From: an uncultured Victivallaceae bacterium
GTDB lineage: Bacteria > Verrucomicrobiota > Lentisphaeria > Victivallales > GWF2-50-93
Length of the DNA: 64,000 nucleotides
Assembly: GCA_964636325.1 (NCBI GenBank)
Contig: CAZWRV010000010.1
Span: forward strand, 29,072 to 93,071
Reading direction: 5' to 3'
Numbering within the stretch: the stretch's first letter is position 1; each line of letters opens with the position of its first letter. Both the position numbers and the translations under genes were made by a program. The notes below the pieces were generated by a model. It worked only from the letters and a program-made list of their open reading frames with translations. It ran no database searches and was not told where the DNA came from. Of this stretch, positions 1 to 9,029 are shown piece after piece.

Positions 1-534
1 TTGTATGTCGCAGAAGGAGGACTGTCTCCCGAACAGACGGCCTTCACGTCGTCGGCCCTGGAGCAGGCGATCATAGCCGCCGATCCAAATGCCGCCGTCC
101 CACTAGGGATGGCCAAGACCATCAACGGACAGGCCGCTGCCGCGATGCTGGCGGTTGTCGGACACGCGCCGGCGCAAGGACAAGTGAAGGACGGCATGCA
201 GGAGTTTACGATAAACCTTCCCGGCGAAGGCGGAAAACTGGTGTTCCAGATAGAGCAGGCTTCAGGGAAATGCCATGAAGTCCGTTTCAACAGCAAAGCC
301 CTTGATGCTGTGGGCCGGCCTGTGCTGGGCGTGCCGGCTTCACTACCTCCTGTCCCTTCCGGTGCCGCTAACATCGTCAAAGTCCCGCGGAACGAACTTG
401 AAGCCGCATTGACACAGGTGGTATTGCGTCAGCTTAAACTCCCCGGTGCAACTCCCTCCGATCCAACTTCAGCTTCCAATGGTACGGAAAAGCTTGCATC
501 CGACCTCGAGGCGCTCTTCAGAGGATTGAAGTGA
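1..534 (+). CDS. C-terminal part of a hypothetical protein (CDS enters from upstream of the window)
   Basis: Frame is open from position 1 to TGA at 532-534 (177 codons). Ala/Gly/Pro-rich. No motif recognised. Confidence 0.45.
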   Translation: MYVAEGGLSPEQTAFTSSALEQAIIAADPNAAVPLGMAKTINGQAAAAMLAVVGHAPAQGQVKDGMQEFTINLPGEGGKLVFQIEQASGKCHEVRFNSKALDAVGRPVLGVPASLPPVPSGAANIVKVPRNELEAALTQVVLRQLKLPGATPSDPTSASNGTEKLASDLEALFRGLK

Positions 535-565
535 AAGAGTATTTGCGGGTGTAAGCTTGAACAAC

Positions 566-788
566 CTTCCGCCTTAGTCCCTTACGGCGGTGATATGACA
601 AATGAATTTGTCAAAAAGTAGTTTGCGATCTCCGAGCGCAAAAAACAAACTTAGCGTTCCTCGTATGCGGAGTTCGCTCTTTGCGCGCGGCGCGCGCAAG
701 CTACTCTGACGCGCCGTAAGGGCGCATTATTCCCGCAGGGAAAAACTTAGTCCCTTACGGCGCGTTATGACAAATGAATTTGACCATT
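566..788. repeat. Rep-E dispersed palindromic element, copy 1 (core flanked by ~40-bp direct repeats)
   Basis: Direct repeats CTTAGTCCCTTACGGCG..ATGACAAATGAATTTG at 573-612 and 746-784 flank a core with AAAAGTAGTTTGCG..CGCAAAAAAC and CCTCGTATGCGGAGTTC..CGCAAGCTACT. Related copies at 19607-19700 and, inverted, at 31058-31325. Confidence 0.8.
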
Positions 789-842
789 CTAATTATCTCA
801 CTGATTTCGATATAGATATGAAACAATTATTGCGTCTGTTGC

Positions 843-2142
843 TCAAACCACACATGAGCTGCGCCCGAGGGTTCCGGCGTAGTAGAGCGGGATGAAATGC
901 AGGCGCTGCTCCGGTCGCCGCCCGTAAGGGCCGCTGTAAAGCACCAGGCCGTCCCCGCACGAGGGATAGGCTGACAGGGCCATGTGCAGGCTGCGTAGCT
1001 GTCCGCCGGTGCCCGACTTGACTTCGACCGGATGGACTTTGCCGTCCTGTTCCACGAGGAAATCGACTTCAGCCTGGCTGCTACGTTCTTCCCTGGACCA
1101 GTAAAAGAGCTTCCGGCGCTGTGTGACCAGAAGTTCCTGCGCCACAAACTGTTCGGCGAGCTGCCCTCGGTAGATGTCAAGAAGATCATTGTGCCGCATC
1201 TCACAATCGACCGGCAGGCCGCAGAGCCTCTGCATCAGTCCGACATCTAAAAACGCCGCTTTGAAGCGCTTGTCGCTGGCTGAAGCGCCCAGCGGCAGGC
1301 CGGGCCTGGCCGAAGGAATCTTGTGCAGTATCCGCGCCAGGCAAAGCATGTCAAACGCCTTGCGGTTGGTCTGCCCCGAATATGCATCCCCCCAGCTGGG
1401 TATATTTTATCTGCTGCCCGACGTGGCGGGCGGCGTGGAACATGACGCTGTCCAGGCAGGTCCTGTCAGCCCGGCCTGCATACTTGGCGAAATCGTCGCG
1501 GTAGGTCTTGAGAAGGTCGTCCTGGACTGCAAAGACATCGAACAAAGATCCTCCGGCCGCGGCGGCCGACACACATTCAGGAAGCCCTCCGACAAAGAGG
1601 AACCGCTTCAAGGCGTCAAGCAGCAGGCGGTGCGTCGGCTCGGGCAGCGCGGCAGGCTTCCTGCCGACGGTCTCGGCTGCAGGCTCATTGCCTGTTGCCC
1701 GCAAGTATTCCCGGAATGTCATCGGGAACATCTCCAGATAGGAAACCCGGCCTACTGGAACCGAAATCTCCGCCAGGGAGAATTCCAGCAGCGACCCTGC
1801 GGCGATGACATGCAGTTCGGGCATCTCCTCATAGAAATAGCGGAGCGCCATGACGGCCTTGGGGCAGGCCTGGATTTCGTCGAAAAAAAGCAGGGTCTCA
1901 CCGGGCCGAATCTCCTGCCTGGCAAACAACCCCAGCTGCTCCAGCAGGCCGGCCGGGGACAGATCACCGTCAAAGAGCGGCTTCAGATGAGGATGCCGTT
2001 CAAAGTCGATCTTGACAACATGAGGAAACTGTGACCTGCCGAAGCGCTCAATCGACCAGGTCTTGCCAACCTGACGGGCCCCCCGTACAATCAAAGGCTT
2101 CCTGCGGCGAAACCTTCCATTTTTCAAGCTGGGCATCAACAA
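843..2142 (-). pseudogene. AAA+ ATPase with C-terminal DUF4143 domain, split by a frameshift
   Basis: N-terminal ORF 1351-2142 has Walker A GARQVGKTW and Walker B LLFFDEIQ. C-terminal ORF 843-1349 has the DUF4143-like FLDVGL..EVDFLVE..VEVK. The two frames join sensibly (..IKYTQLGG / DAYSGQTNRKAFDMLCLARIL..) at a C6 run on the + strand at 1388-1393. Confidence 0.75.
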
Positions 2143-2394
2143 TGCGCTTCATGATAACGCTCCCCGGGTTGTGGAAAGTCAAGGTTAAAATTACGCTTAT
2201 CCTGAAGATAATCAAGCATCTGGCCGGGGAAATCAAGAGATATGCTACTCTAAGCATCTCATTTGATTCCCTTGATTCCGCAAGCATGAAGAATTATCTT
2301 CGACGGGCATGGAGAACCAAATGCCAGTAAGCAATGTCGAAGTTGAGGTCGCAGATTTCGGACCAGAGATCCCATTTGCCTAGGAGGAACTCAT

Positions 2395-3900
2395 ATGACT
2401 ACTGTTCTTGCAGCACCCGAGACGACTTCAGGAATCGCCGGCTATGCCAGCCGAGAGCTGCACCGGATTCTGCGCGAGCATCTCCGCCTGGAACTGCCGC
2501 CGGCTGTTCCAGCTTCCGGTCCCTTGCCTCGCGGACAGGATCTGGTCGTGCTCGGTACGGTTGCTCAGAATCCTGCGGCGGCAGCCTTGGTGACCGAGGG
2601 ATTTCTGCCTGAGCCCACCAAGGCGCAGGGCTACTCCATGCGCTGCGCGCCGCATCCTGCGGATCCGCAGCATTGGCTCCTCGCCATTACGGGCAGCGAT
2701 CCTGCTGGCGCCCTGTATGCGCTGCGCGATCTCGAACACTACGAGCTGGCGCACCTCCGCAGCGGCAACGGACGCCTTGCGGCGGAGCCGTTTTCACGCT
2801 GCGACCATCCCCGCCTCGAATACCGCGGCCACTGGACCTGGGGCTGCAACATGCCTGACAAGCCTGCCTGGATCGAGAACATGAGCCGATGGAAATTGAA
2901 CGAGCTCATCCACTGGGACAACTTCCCGCCGGCGGACGCGAAACGTTACGTCGTATTCGCCCACGATCGCGGTGTCCGCATCGTCTGGGGCTTCGGCTGG
3001 GGCTGGTGCCCGTCCTGGAACTTTACCCTACCGCCAGCATTCGATCATGGCCGGGGGCAGGTCGTGGAGATGTGCGCCAGCAGCGATTTCAACCGCGCTT
3101 TCTTCCGCCGCGAGATTTTGCGCAAGATCCGCGAAGACTACGCGCCCACCGGCTGCGACGGCGTCTATTTCCAGGCGTTCACCGAATGCCCAAAGTGCCA
3201 GTGCCCGATCTGCGCGGAGCGGACCATGGGGGAGCTGATGCTGGACTTCGTCAACCCGATCGTCGATGACATCAAGCGCGAGTTCCCACAGCTCTGGATT
3301 TCCTGCGGCATCCACCACGATTTCGGCGATTTTTCCTACCTGAAGGAGCTTGATCCGCGCTGCAATATCTACTGGGAGAACTGCGTATCCGGCACGAGCG
3401 TGCGCGGCGACGGCGAAGACTTCGGCTACATCTACAAGAGCATACCCTACGGCCACGGCTACAGCGCCACATGTCCGGCGGAGCCGTCCTACACCGAAAA
3501 GTCGCTTGCGGAATGGATGCAGGGCAATGCGTCAGCCTATGAAATCGCAGGCGGCCTGCCCAGCCATTACCAATACATGCGCTTCATGCAGAACTGGGGG
3601 CGCCGGTTCTTCGGCAAGCCCTCCGCGAACCGGCACGCCAGCGTGGTGGCTGATCACTCGGTCTTCTGCAGGCGCACGCCCTTTCCGCACGTGGCGCTGG
3701 CCGAAGCCCAGTGGAATCCGGATCTCGACACGCAGGCGACCGTTGACGGCATCCTGCGCTTCCTCCGTTCGTATGACGCGGTGGCGCGCGCGCCCGAGAC
3801 CGGAAAGCCCATGCGCGATCCATGCGGCAAGCCGCCATGGCTCTGCGGCCCCGGCGACGACTCGGGCGAAACCGCCGTCCGCGAAGGGCACGTGGAGTAG
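2395..3900 (+). CDS. Hypothetical glycoside-hydrolase-like protein, short paralogue of the DUF4838 protein at 14408-16849
   Basis: AGGAGG RBS lies 8 nt upstream of ATG 2395. The N-terminal GALYALRDLEHY and the central TECPKCQCPIC..FVNPIVDDIKREFP parallel GVLYGAYDLLETLG and CECPKCKAV..FVNAVATETVKEFP in the 815-aa protein. Confidence 0.7.
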   Translation: MTTVLAAPETTSGIAGYASRELHRILREHLRLELPPAVPASGPLPRGQDLVVLGTVAQNPAAAALVTEGFLPEPTKAQGYSMRCAPHPADPQHWLLAITGSDPAGALYALRDLEHYELAHLRSGNGRLAAEPFSRCDHPRLEYRGHWTWGCNMPDKPAWIENMSRWKLNELIHWDNFPPADAKRYVVFAHDRGVRIVWGFGWGWCPSWNFTLPPAFDHGRGQVVEMCASSDFNRAFFRREILRKIREDYAPTGCDGVYFQAFTECPKCQCPICAERTMGELMLDFVNPIVDDIKREFPQLWISCGIHHDFGDFSYLKELDPRCNIYWENCVSGTSVRGDGEDFGYIYKSIPYGHGYSATCPAEPSYTEKSLAEWMQGNASAYEIAGGLPSHYQYMRFMQNWGRRFFGKPSANRHASVVADHSVFCRRTPFPHVALAEAQWNPDLDTQATVDGILRFLRSYDAVARAPETGKPMRDPCGKPPWLCGPGDDSGETAVREGHVE

Positions 3901-3920
3901 CTTAATATCAATCAGTAAAT

Positions 3921-3950
3921 AAGCCGCGCTCATAGGACGCGGCTTTTTTA
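3921..3950 (+). terminator. Rho-independent terminator
   Basis: Stem AAGCCGCG (3921-3928) pairs with CGCGGCTT (3938-3945), followed by TTTT, 21 nt after the stop codon at 3900. Confidence 0.6.
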
Positions 3951-4086
3951 CTGGTTACCGGCCAGGTATTATTTCAAATATCGGCAATACTTCGCAGCGC
4001 AGTTCGATGAACTTCTCAAACCATTCCGTCTGCCGGTGCGCTTCCTTATAGGCAAGTCCCCATAATATTTCCTCAAAGGATTTTCA

Positions 4087-4135
4087 TTTCAGATTTCCTT
4101 GCGGTAAACTATTGTATGGCGCAGGAAATCTGAAA
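4087..4135. repeat. Short form of Rep-A: perfect 11-bp hairpin TCAGATTTCCT / AGGAAATCTGA
   Basis: Arms at 4089-4099 and 4123-4133 with a 23-nt loop. The hairpin ends 15 nt upstream of the TTG start of the GT4 gene. Confidence 0.7.
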
Positions 4136-4148
4136 AAGGTTTATTTTC

Positions 4149-5291
4149 TTGAAGATCTGCCATGTGATAACGCGGATGATAGTTGGCGGGGCGCAGGAGA
4201 ACACGCTTCTGACGCTGATCGGCCACATCAGGAACGGGCACGACGCGGTGCTTGTTACCGGGCCGTCGCCCGGCCCTGAGGGCGAGCTTCTGAAGAAGCG
4301 CGACGTTCCGGATCTTAAGACGGTTGTGAATCCGCATCTCGTCAGGGAGCTTAATCCAGTCGAAGATCTGAGGGCGTATTTCTCGCTGAAGAAATATTTC
4401 GCCGCGGAAAAGTTCGACGTCGTGCATACTCATAGTTCGAAGGCGGGGATCGTGGGAAGGTTCGCTGCGCGCGCCTCCGGTGTCCCGGTCGTCGTCCACA
4501 CGGTCCACGGCCAGGCGTTCCATCCCTATGAGGAGCCCTGGAAGAATTTCATGTACAAGACTGCGGAAAGGCTTGCCGCAAGGAAGTCCGACAGGATTTT
4601 CGCGGTCGCGCAGGCGATGATCGACCAGTGCGTAGCTGCGAATGTCGCAGGGCGCGAAAAGTACAAGCTAGTCTATAGCGGGATGGAGCTTGAAAACCTC
4701 CTCGAGGCGAAGCCGGACTGCGAACTTCGCAGGAAGCTCGGAATACCGGAAGGCGCGCCGGTTGTTGGTTCAATCGCAAGGCTTTTCCCGTTAAAAGGTT
4801 ACGAATATTTCGTCCCAGCGGCCGCGGAAATCGCGAAGTCGCATCCCGAGACATATTTCCTGATCCTCGGCGACGGGATCTGGATGGACAAGATCGCGAA
4901 GGAGGCAAAGGACTTGAAATTGAACTTCGTCTTCGCCGGCCTGGTGCCGCCTGGAGAAGTCTGCAGATATACGGCGTTGATGGACTTGCTCATGCACTTG
5001 TCGCTGCGCGAGGGGCTTCCGAGGGCGGTGGTGCAGGCGCTGGCGTCGGCGAAGCCGGCGATCGGCTTCGATCTCGACGGCACGCCCGAAGTGATACTCC
5101 ATGGTAAGACCGGGTTCATCGCAAGACCTGAGGACGCCAAAGAAGTTGCGAAATTCGCAGTCCGTCTGCTCGAGGATAAGAAGCTTGCAGCGGAGATGGG
5201 CGCGGCCGGCCGCAGGCTGGTCAAGGACAGGTTCGACTGGCGGACGATGGTGGGCGCCCTGGAGGAGGAATACCGACGCTTGCTCAGATGA
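4149..5291 (+). CDS. Glycosyltransferase family 4 (GT-B fold)
   Basis: The N-terminus MKICHVITRMIVGGAQEN is typical of GT4, and the C-terminal EGLPRAVVQALASAKPAI..G..E is the GT1/GT4 nucleotide-sugar motif. The TTG start is needed to include the conserved N-terminus. Confidence 0.85.
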   Translation: MKICHVITRMIVGGAQENTLLTLIGHIRNGHDAVLVTGPSPGPEGELLKKRDVPDLKTVVNPHLVRELNPVEDLRAYFSLKKYFAAEKFDVVHTHSSKAGIVGRFAARASGVPVVVHTVHGQAFHPYEEPWKNFMYKTAERLAARKSDRIFAVAQAMIDQCVAANVAGREKYKLVYSGMELENLLEAKPDCELRRKLGIPEGAPVVGSIARLFPLKGYEYFVPAAAEIAKSHPETYFLILGDGIWMDKIAKEAKDLKLNFVFAGLVPPGEVCRYTALMDLLMHLSLREGLPRAVVQALASAKPAIGFDLDGTPEVILHGKTGFIARPEDAKEVAKFAVRLLEDKKLAAEMGAAGRRLVKDRFDWRTMVGALEEEYRRLLR

Positions 5292-5384
5292 GGGGATGAA
5301 TATCCAATCAGCAGCACGGAATCTTCAATGACCGAGTATTTGCATTCTTCTCCGGCTCAACGGCTGTGAGGTGAATGTGGCATG

Positions 5385-5642
5385 CTCGATGGAGGGCGGA
5401 ATTCTATTCCGCTGCGCGGCGGGAGTTCCCGCCATCGTGACGACGGTTGAATAGAATTCAACCATCCATCCGCCGATCGGCGGATATGAAAAGGACAATC
5501 AAGTTTCAGGAGTATTCATCTGTCCGCCTCAGCGGACAGTTTTGTCGACGTGAAACTCGATGGAGGGCGAAGCTGTGCTGAGCCGCAGTTGAGCTCCCGC
5601 CTTCGTGAAGAAACTACGGCGCGGCACGTGGCTCAACCCTCC
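5385..5642. repeat. Rep-F hairpin cluster (CTCGATGGAGGGCG units, GGAGGGCGAAGC..GCTGAGCCGC / GCTCAACCCTCC arms)
   Basis: CTCGATGGAGGGCG occurs at 5385 and 5556. Inverted pairs are 5391-5412 / 5449-5470 and 5562-5586 / 5619-5642. There are extra small palindromes (CCGCCGATCGGCGG, TGTCCGCCTCAGCGGACA). A related copy lies at 50786-50859. Confidence 0.7.
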
Positions 5643-5704
5643 AGAAGACGACAAAGTTAGGGGCAAAGCAACCGACAAAGATGCCCAAGCTTCGGGAGAC
5701 GCAC

Positions 5705-6148
5705 ATGAAATATAGCGAGGCTAAGATCGGGCGGACATTTGTGATCCGCCTGGAGGACGGCGAGATAATCCACGAGTGCCTGGAGAAGTTCGCGGCTGAA
5801 AAGAAGATCGGTGCAGCGGCGCTGATAATACTTGGCGGGGCGGACAAGGGCAGCAGGCTTGTGGTCGGGCCGGAAAAGGGGAGGGCCAGGCCGGTCGTGC
5901 CCATGGAACTGGCGGTGAAGGATGTCCACGAGATTGCGGGGACCGGAACGATTTTCCCTGATGCGAACGGCAGGCCGGTCCTGCACATGCACATCGCCTG
6001 CGGAAGGAAGGGCAGGGCGGTGGCGGGCTGCGTCCGGCGGGGCGTGAAGGCATGGCATGTCGCGGAGATAGTGCTCTGCGAGCTCAAGGGCTGCAGCGCC
6101 CGCCGCACGCCGGACCCTGCGACAGGCTTCGAATTGCTGGAGCCGTAG
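5705..6148 (+). CDS. PPC (DUF296) domain protein
   Basis: MKYSEAKIGRTFVIRLEDGEII..L..F..E..I.AA.I.LGG and the later GTGTIF....P.LHMH match the PPC/DUF296 pattern. GGGAG lies 8 nt upstream of ATG 5705. The track ORF starts earlier, at 5681. Confidence 0.8.
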   Translation: MKYSEAKIGRTFVIRLEDGEIIHECLEKFAAEKKIGAAALIILGGADKGSRLVVGPEKGRARPVVPMELAVKDVHEIAGTGTIFPDANGRPVLHMHIACGRKGRAVAGCVRRGVKAWHVAEIVLCELKGCSARRTPDPATGFELLEP

Positions 6149-6151
6149 GAG

Positions 6152-6276
6152 TTTCAGATTTCCTGGCCCAAGCCCTATGGAAAGCTTAAAAACGACTGGG
6201 AAATGCCCATGTGGCTTTTCAGAGCGGGGCGCCGGAAATCTGACCTGAAATTCCTTCCGGGGATTGGTATTTCACC
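6152..6276 (+). repeat. Rep-A element (~125 bp), copy A
   Basis: TTTCAGATTTCCTGG ... GCCGGAAATCTGA ... GAAATTCCTTCCGG..GGTATTTCACC. Starts 4 nt after the stop at 6148. Aligns along its full length with 10222-10350, 11101-11226 and, inverted, 45206-45336. Confidence 0.85.
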
Positions 6277-6532
6277 ACATTTTATACTCCTTTAGCCCAA
6301 GTTCCGCGGGCAAAAAAGTCGCAAAATAGTTTTCTTCTCGGGAATCGCCGCCAGCCATGCCGACATGATATATGCAAGTCCTTGATTATCTAAATGTCTA
6401 TTTTTTATGCGCGGAAGTTGGGCTAGCTATTGATTATACCATATTAAGTTGGATACTGAGCTTTTATTGAATCACCTTTCGCTATGATAAACAAGATTTA
6501 ATATGCGCAATATTGACCATAATATGGTATAG

Positions 6533-8887
6533 TTACGGGCGAAAATTCATCCGCACCGTCAGAATAAGCAGTCCTGCCGCCAAGAGGATCAAACCGACTC
6601 TGAGGCCCGGCGGGCGATATTCGAAGATCAGCGTCATGTTCGGCGAGTCGGCGAATACGGCCATAAGACCGCCGTCGGCCTCGACTATCTCCAGTTCACC
6701 GCCCTCCTCGGCCATGCAGCGCCATCCTGGTATTTTCCAGTCGCGCACAACCACCCAGGCCGGACCTGTCGTCGAAAGCACGATCTTTCCCGGCAGTTCC
6801 TCGACGAGATGGGCCTTTGGCGAATCTGCGATTTTCACAGTTTCTTTGTAGTTCGAAGGCTTGACTGGAATGAACGGTTTGCCGCCGGCGACATGCTCCT
6901 TGGTGAAGACATCCGCGCCTGTTCCAGATGCAATTCCCCCATACGCGCCGATTCGCGGAAGCGCGTCCGTGTTTTCAAGGATTGTGAAAGCCTCGTCTCG
7001 CAGAGATATCCTGCTTCCTTCCGGAACCATGGAGTCCGGAATCGGGGGGACGGCAATATATCGGATCGAAAGGAGGTCCAGCACATATTCCGCCGGATGC
7101 CTTTCGAAGTTCATGTAGCCGATGTATTTGCGGTCCATCGCCGGCGAGAAGCCCGCGGGCGTCATCAATCCCTTTAGGGCCGGCGAATTATATTTCAGGC
7201 TCGAACATTCCGACAACTTCTGCTCGAGATATCTGTCATTCAGCTCTTCAGCCGACTTAACCGGGAATCTGAAATTCTCAGACGAGAAGATCCTCCACTG
7301 GTGCCGGTCGAAATCCGGCAGCCGGCTGTCCCATGTGGGAGTTTTTTGCACGGAACTCCATGGAATTTTCCAGTGCGACAGGCCGGAAAGGACGAGCATC
7401 TGCATAAAGGTGACCAGTGCCAGAAGCCATACTGCAGTTTTCCCGGAAAGTCTTGAGCTCCTGGAAACAAGGAAGGTTCCCGCGGCCGCGGCCAGCGAGA
7501 GGCCTAACATGAGCTCTAGCCACAGGAAAATCCGCTCGCCGTCCCAGAGCGTCCCACTAGACTGAAAGAAGAGCGTGAACTTCTTCGGAGAAACGAGGAA
7601 AACTGCGAAGATCGCAGCCGATGCCGCCGCAAGGAAGATGCAGAGACACAGCGCAGCTTTCGAGAGCTTCCTCCTGGACGGACCGGAACTGTCTGAACTG
7701 CAGAAAGATCCAAGAAAAACCGAGCCGGAAATGATAAGCCAGAAGTTCACCCAGAAGAGGATTTTTTCCGGATGGCGGAACATGCTGAAGCCCGGCAGCA
7801 GATGGTGAAGGACTCCGTAGAGCGGAGTGAGCTTGCCTAGCGCGAGCAGAAACGAAATGAGGACGGCGGCGGCAAGAAATTTCTTAGTTCCGAGCTTGGC
7901 GGTGAAAAAGAGGGCTGCCGAAAGGATCAGCGGAATGCCGATGAAGACGGAATCGGCCCAGGGATCGAGCCCGGTCTTTGAAAACGTCTCCTCCGGCCTG
8001 TAGATCCCCTGGCACCAGAGGCCGAAATCATTCCTGAGCCCGAAAAAGTTGGGGACCAGATATTCGACAAGCCGCGCCGCCGGGAATGACCACTGCTGGG
8101 CCTCGGTCAGCGGAATTCCGCCTTGACGGTAGGAGTCCATTGAGAGCATGATCGACGGCAGCAGCTGGGGCGCGGCCAGCAGCAGCGCAAGAACAACGGT
8201 CTCGGATGGCAGGAGAAGCTTTCCGAATTGGAACCGGCTGGTTCCACACATGGCCGTAAACGCATATATGCCGCCGAACGCCACTGCCATGTATGTCTCT
8301 AAGAAGTTGCCGCAGTAGAAGAGCATGGCCAGGGAGAAGACGGCAAGCAGCGACGCCCTGCGTCTCTCCTTAGCATCAGCATTGTCTTCAAGCAAAAGTA
8401 TGAGCCCCAGGAAAAAAAGCGGGATCAGCCAGCCGCACCTGTAGAAACCGTTTCCAGACATGCTCCACAAATATCCGCCGCATGAATAGGCGACTGCGCC
8501 CGCCGCGGAGGCTTGCATGCCGGCTCCGAAACCTTTCGACAGAAGCAGATACATAGCAAAAGCCGCAAGGACATAATGGATGAAGATGAACAGGCCGTAG
8601 CCCCAGGACAGAGTTCCCGCCGAAAGCAGGATATTCAAAGGATACAAGCTTCCTGCATCCATGTTGCCAAGCAGTGGCGCGCCGCAAAGGATGAATGGAT
8701 TGATGAATGGAAATATACCCTTCGAAAGCGAGGCCGGAATTAGGCTTTTCTCCGGAAACTGATAGGAAAGAGAATCGGAACAAATTACTATGTCCCCGGC
8801 CAGCAGCCCGCCATATACCGCCAAAACAGCCCCAAAAAGCAGCAGATAAGGACCGGCCGCACCTGATTTTGAAAGGAAATTCTTCAT
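6533..8887 (-). CDS. YfhO-like polytopic membrane protein (putative glycosyl/lipid-carrier transferase)
   Basis: 784 aa with more than 10 hydrophobic segments. The N-terminal region (DSLSYQFPEK..FPFINPFILCGAPLLGN) resembles the YfhO family. Has a large C-terminal non-membrane domain. Confidence 0.7.
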   Translation of the reverse strand: MKNFLSKSGAAGPYLLLFGAVLAVYGGLLAGDIVICSDSLSYQFPEKSLIPASLSKGIFPFINPFILCGAPLLGNMDAGSLYPLNILLSAGTLSWGYGLFIFIHYVLAAFAMYLLLSKGFGAGMQASAAGAVAYSCGGYLWSMSGNGFYRCGWLIPLFFLGLILLLEDNADAKERRRASLLAVFSLAMLFYCGNFLETYMAVAFGGIYAFTAMCGTSRFQFGKLLLPSETVVLALLLAAPQLLPSIMLSMDSYRQGGIPLTEAQQWSFPAARLVEYLVPNFFGLRNDFGLWCQGIYRPEETFSKTGLDPWADSVFIGIPLILSAALFFTAKLGTKKFLAAAVLISFLLALGKLTPLYGVLHHLLPGFSMFRHPEKILFWVNFWLIISGSVFLGSFCSSDSSGPSRRKLSKAALCLCIFLAAASAAIFAVFLVSPKKFTLFFQSSGTLWDGERIFLWLELMLGLSLAAAAGTFLVSRSSRLSGKTAVWLLALVTFMQMLVLSGLSHWKIPWSSVQKTPTWDSRLPDFDRHQWRIFSSENFRFPVKSAEELNDRYLEQKLSECSSLKYNSPALKGLMTPAGFSPAMDRKYIGYMNFERHPAEYVLDLLSIRYIAVPPIPDSMVPEGSRISLRDEAFTILENTDALPRIGAYGGIASGTGADVFTKEHVAGGKPFIPVKPSNYKETVKIADSPKAHLVEELPGKIVLSTTGPAWVVVRDWKIPGWRCMAEEGGELEIVEADGGLMAVFADSPNMTLIFEYRPPGLRVGLILLAAGLLILTVRMNFRP

Positions 8888-9029
8888 TTAGCTCTTTATT
8901 ATAGACGCTCTCGTTTGACCTTTTAACTCTATAAACTAGTGTTAGAGGCTTGAATTTGAAAGACCGGAGAGTAAATATCCGGCCAACCATGATTTCCTTC
9001 GCTGGATTTTTACCCCGGAGATCGCCAAT

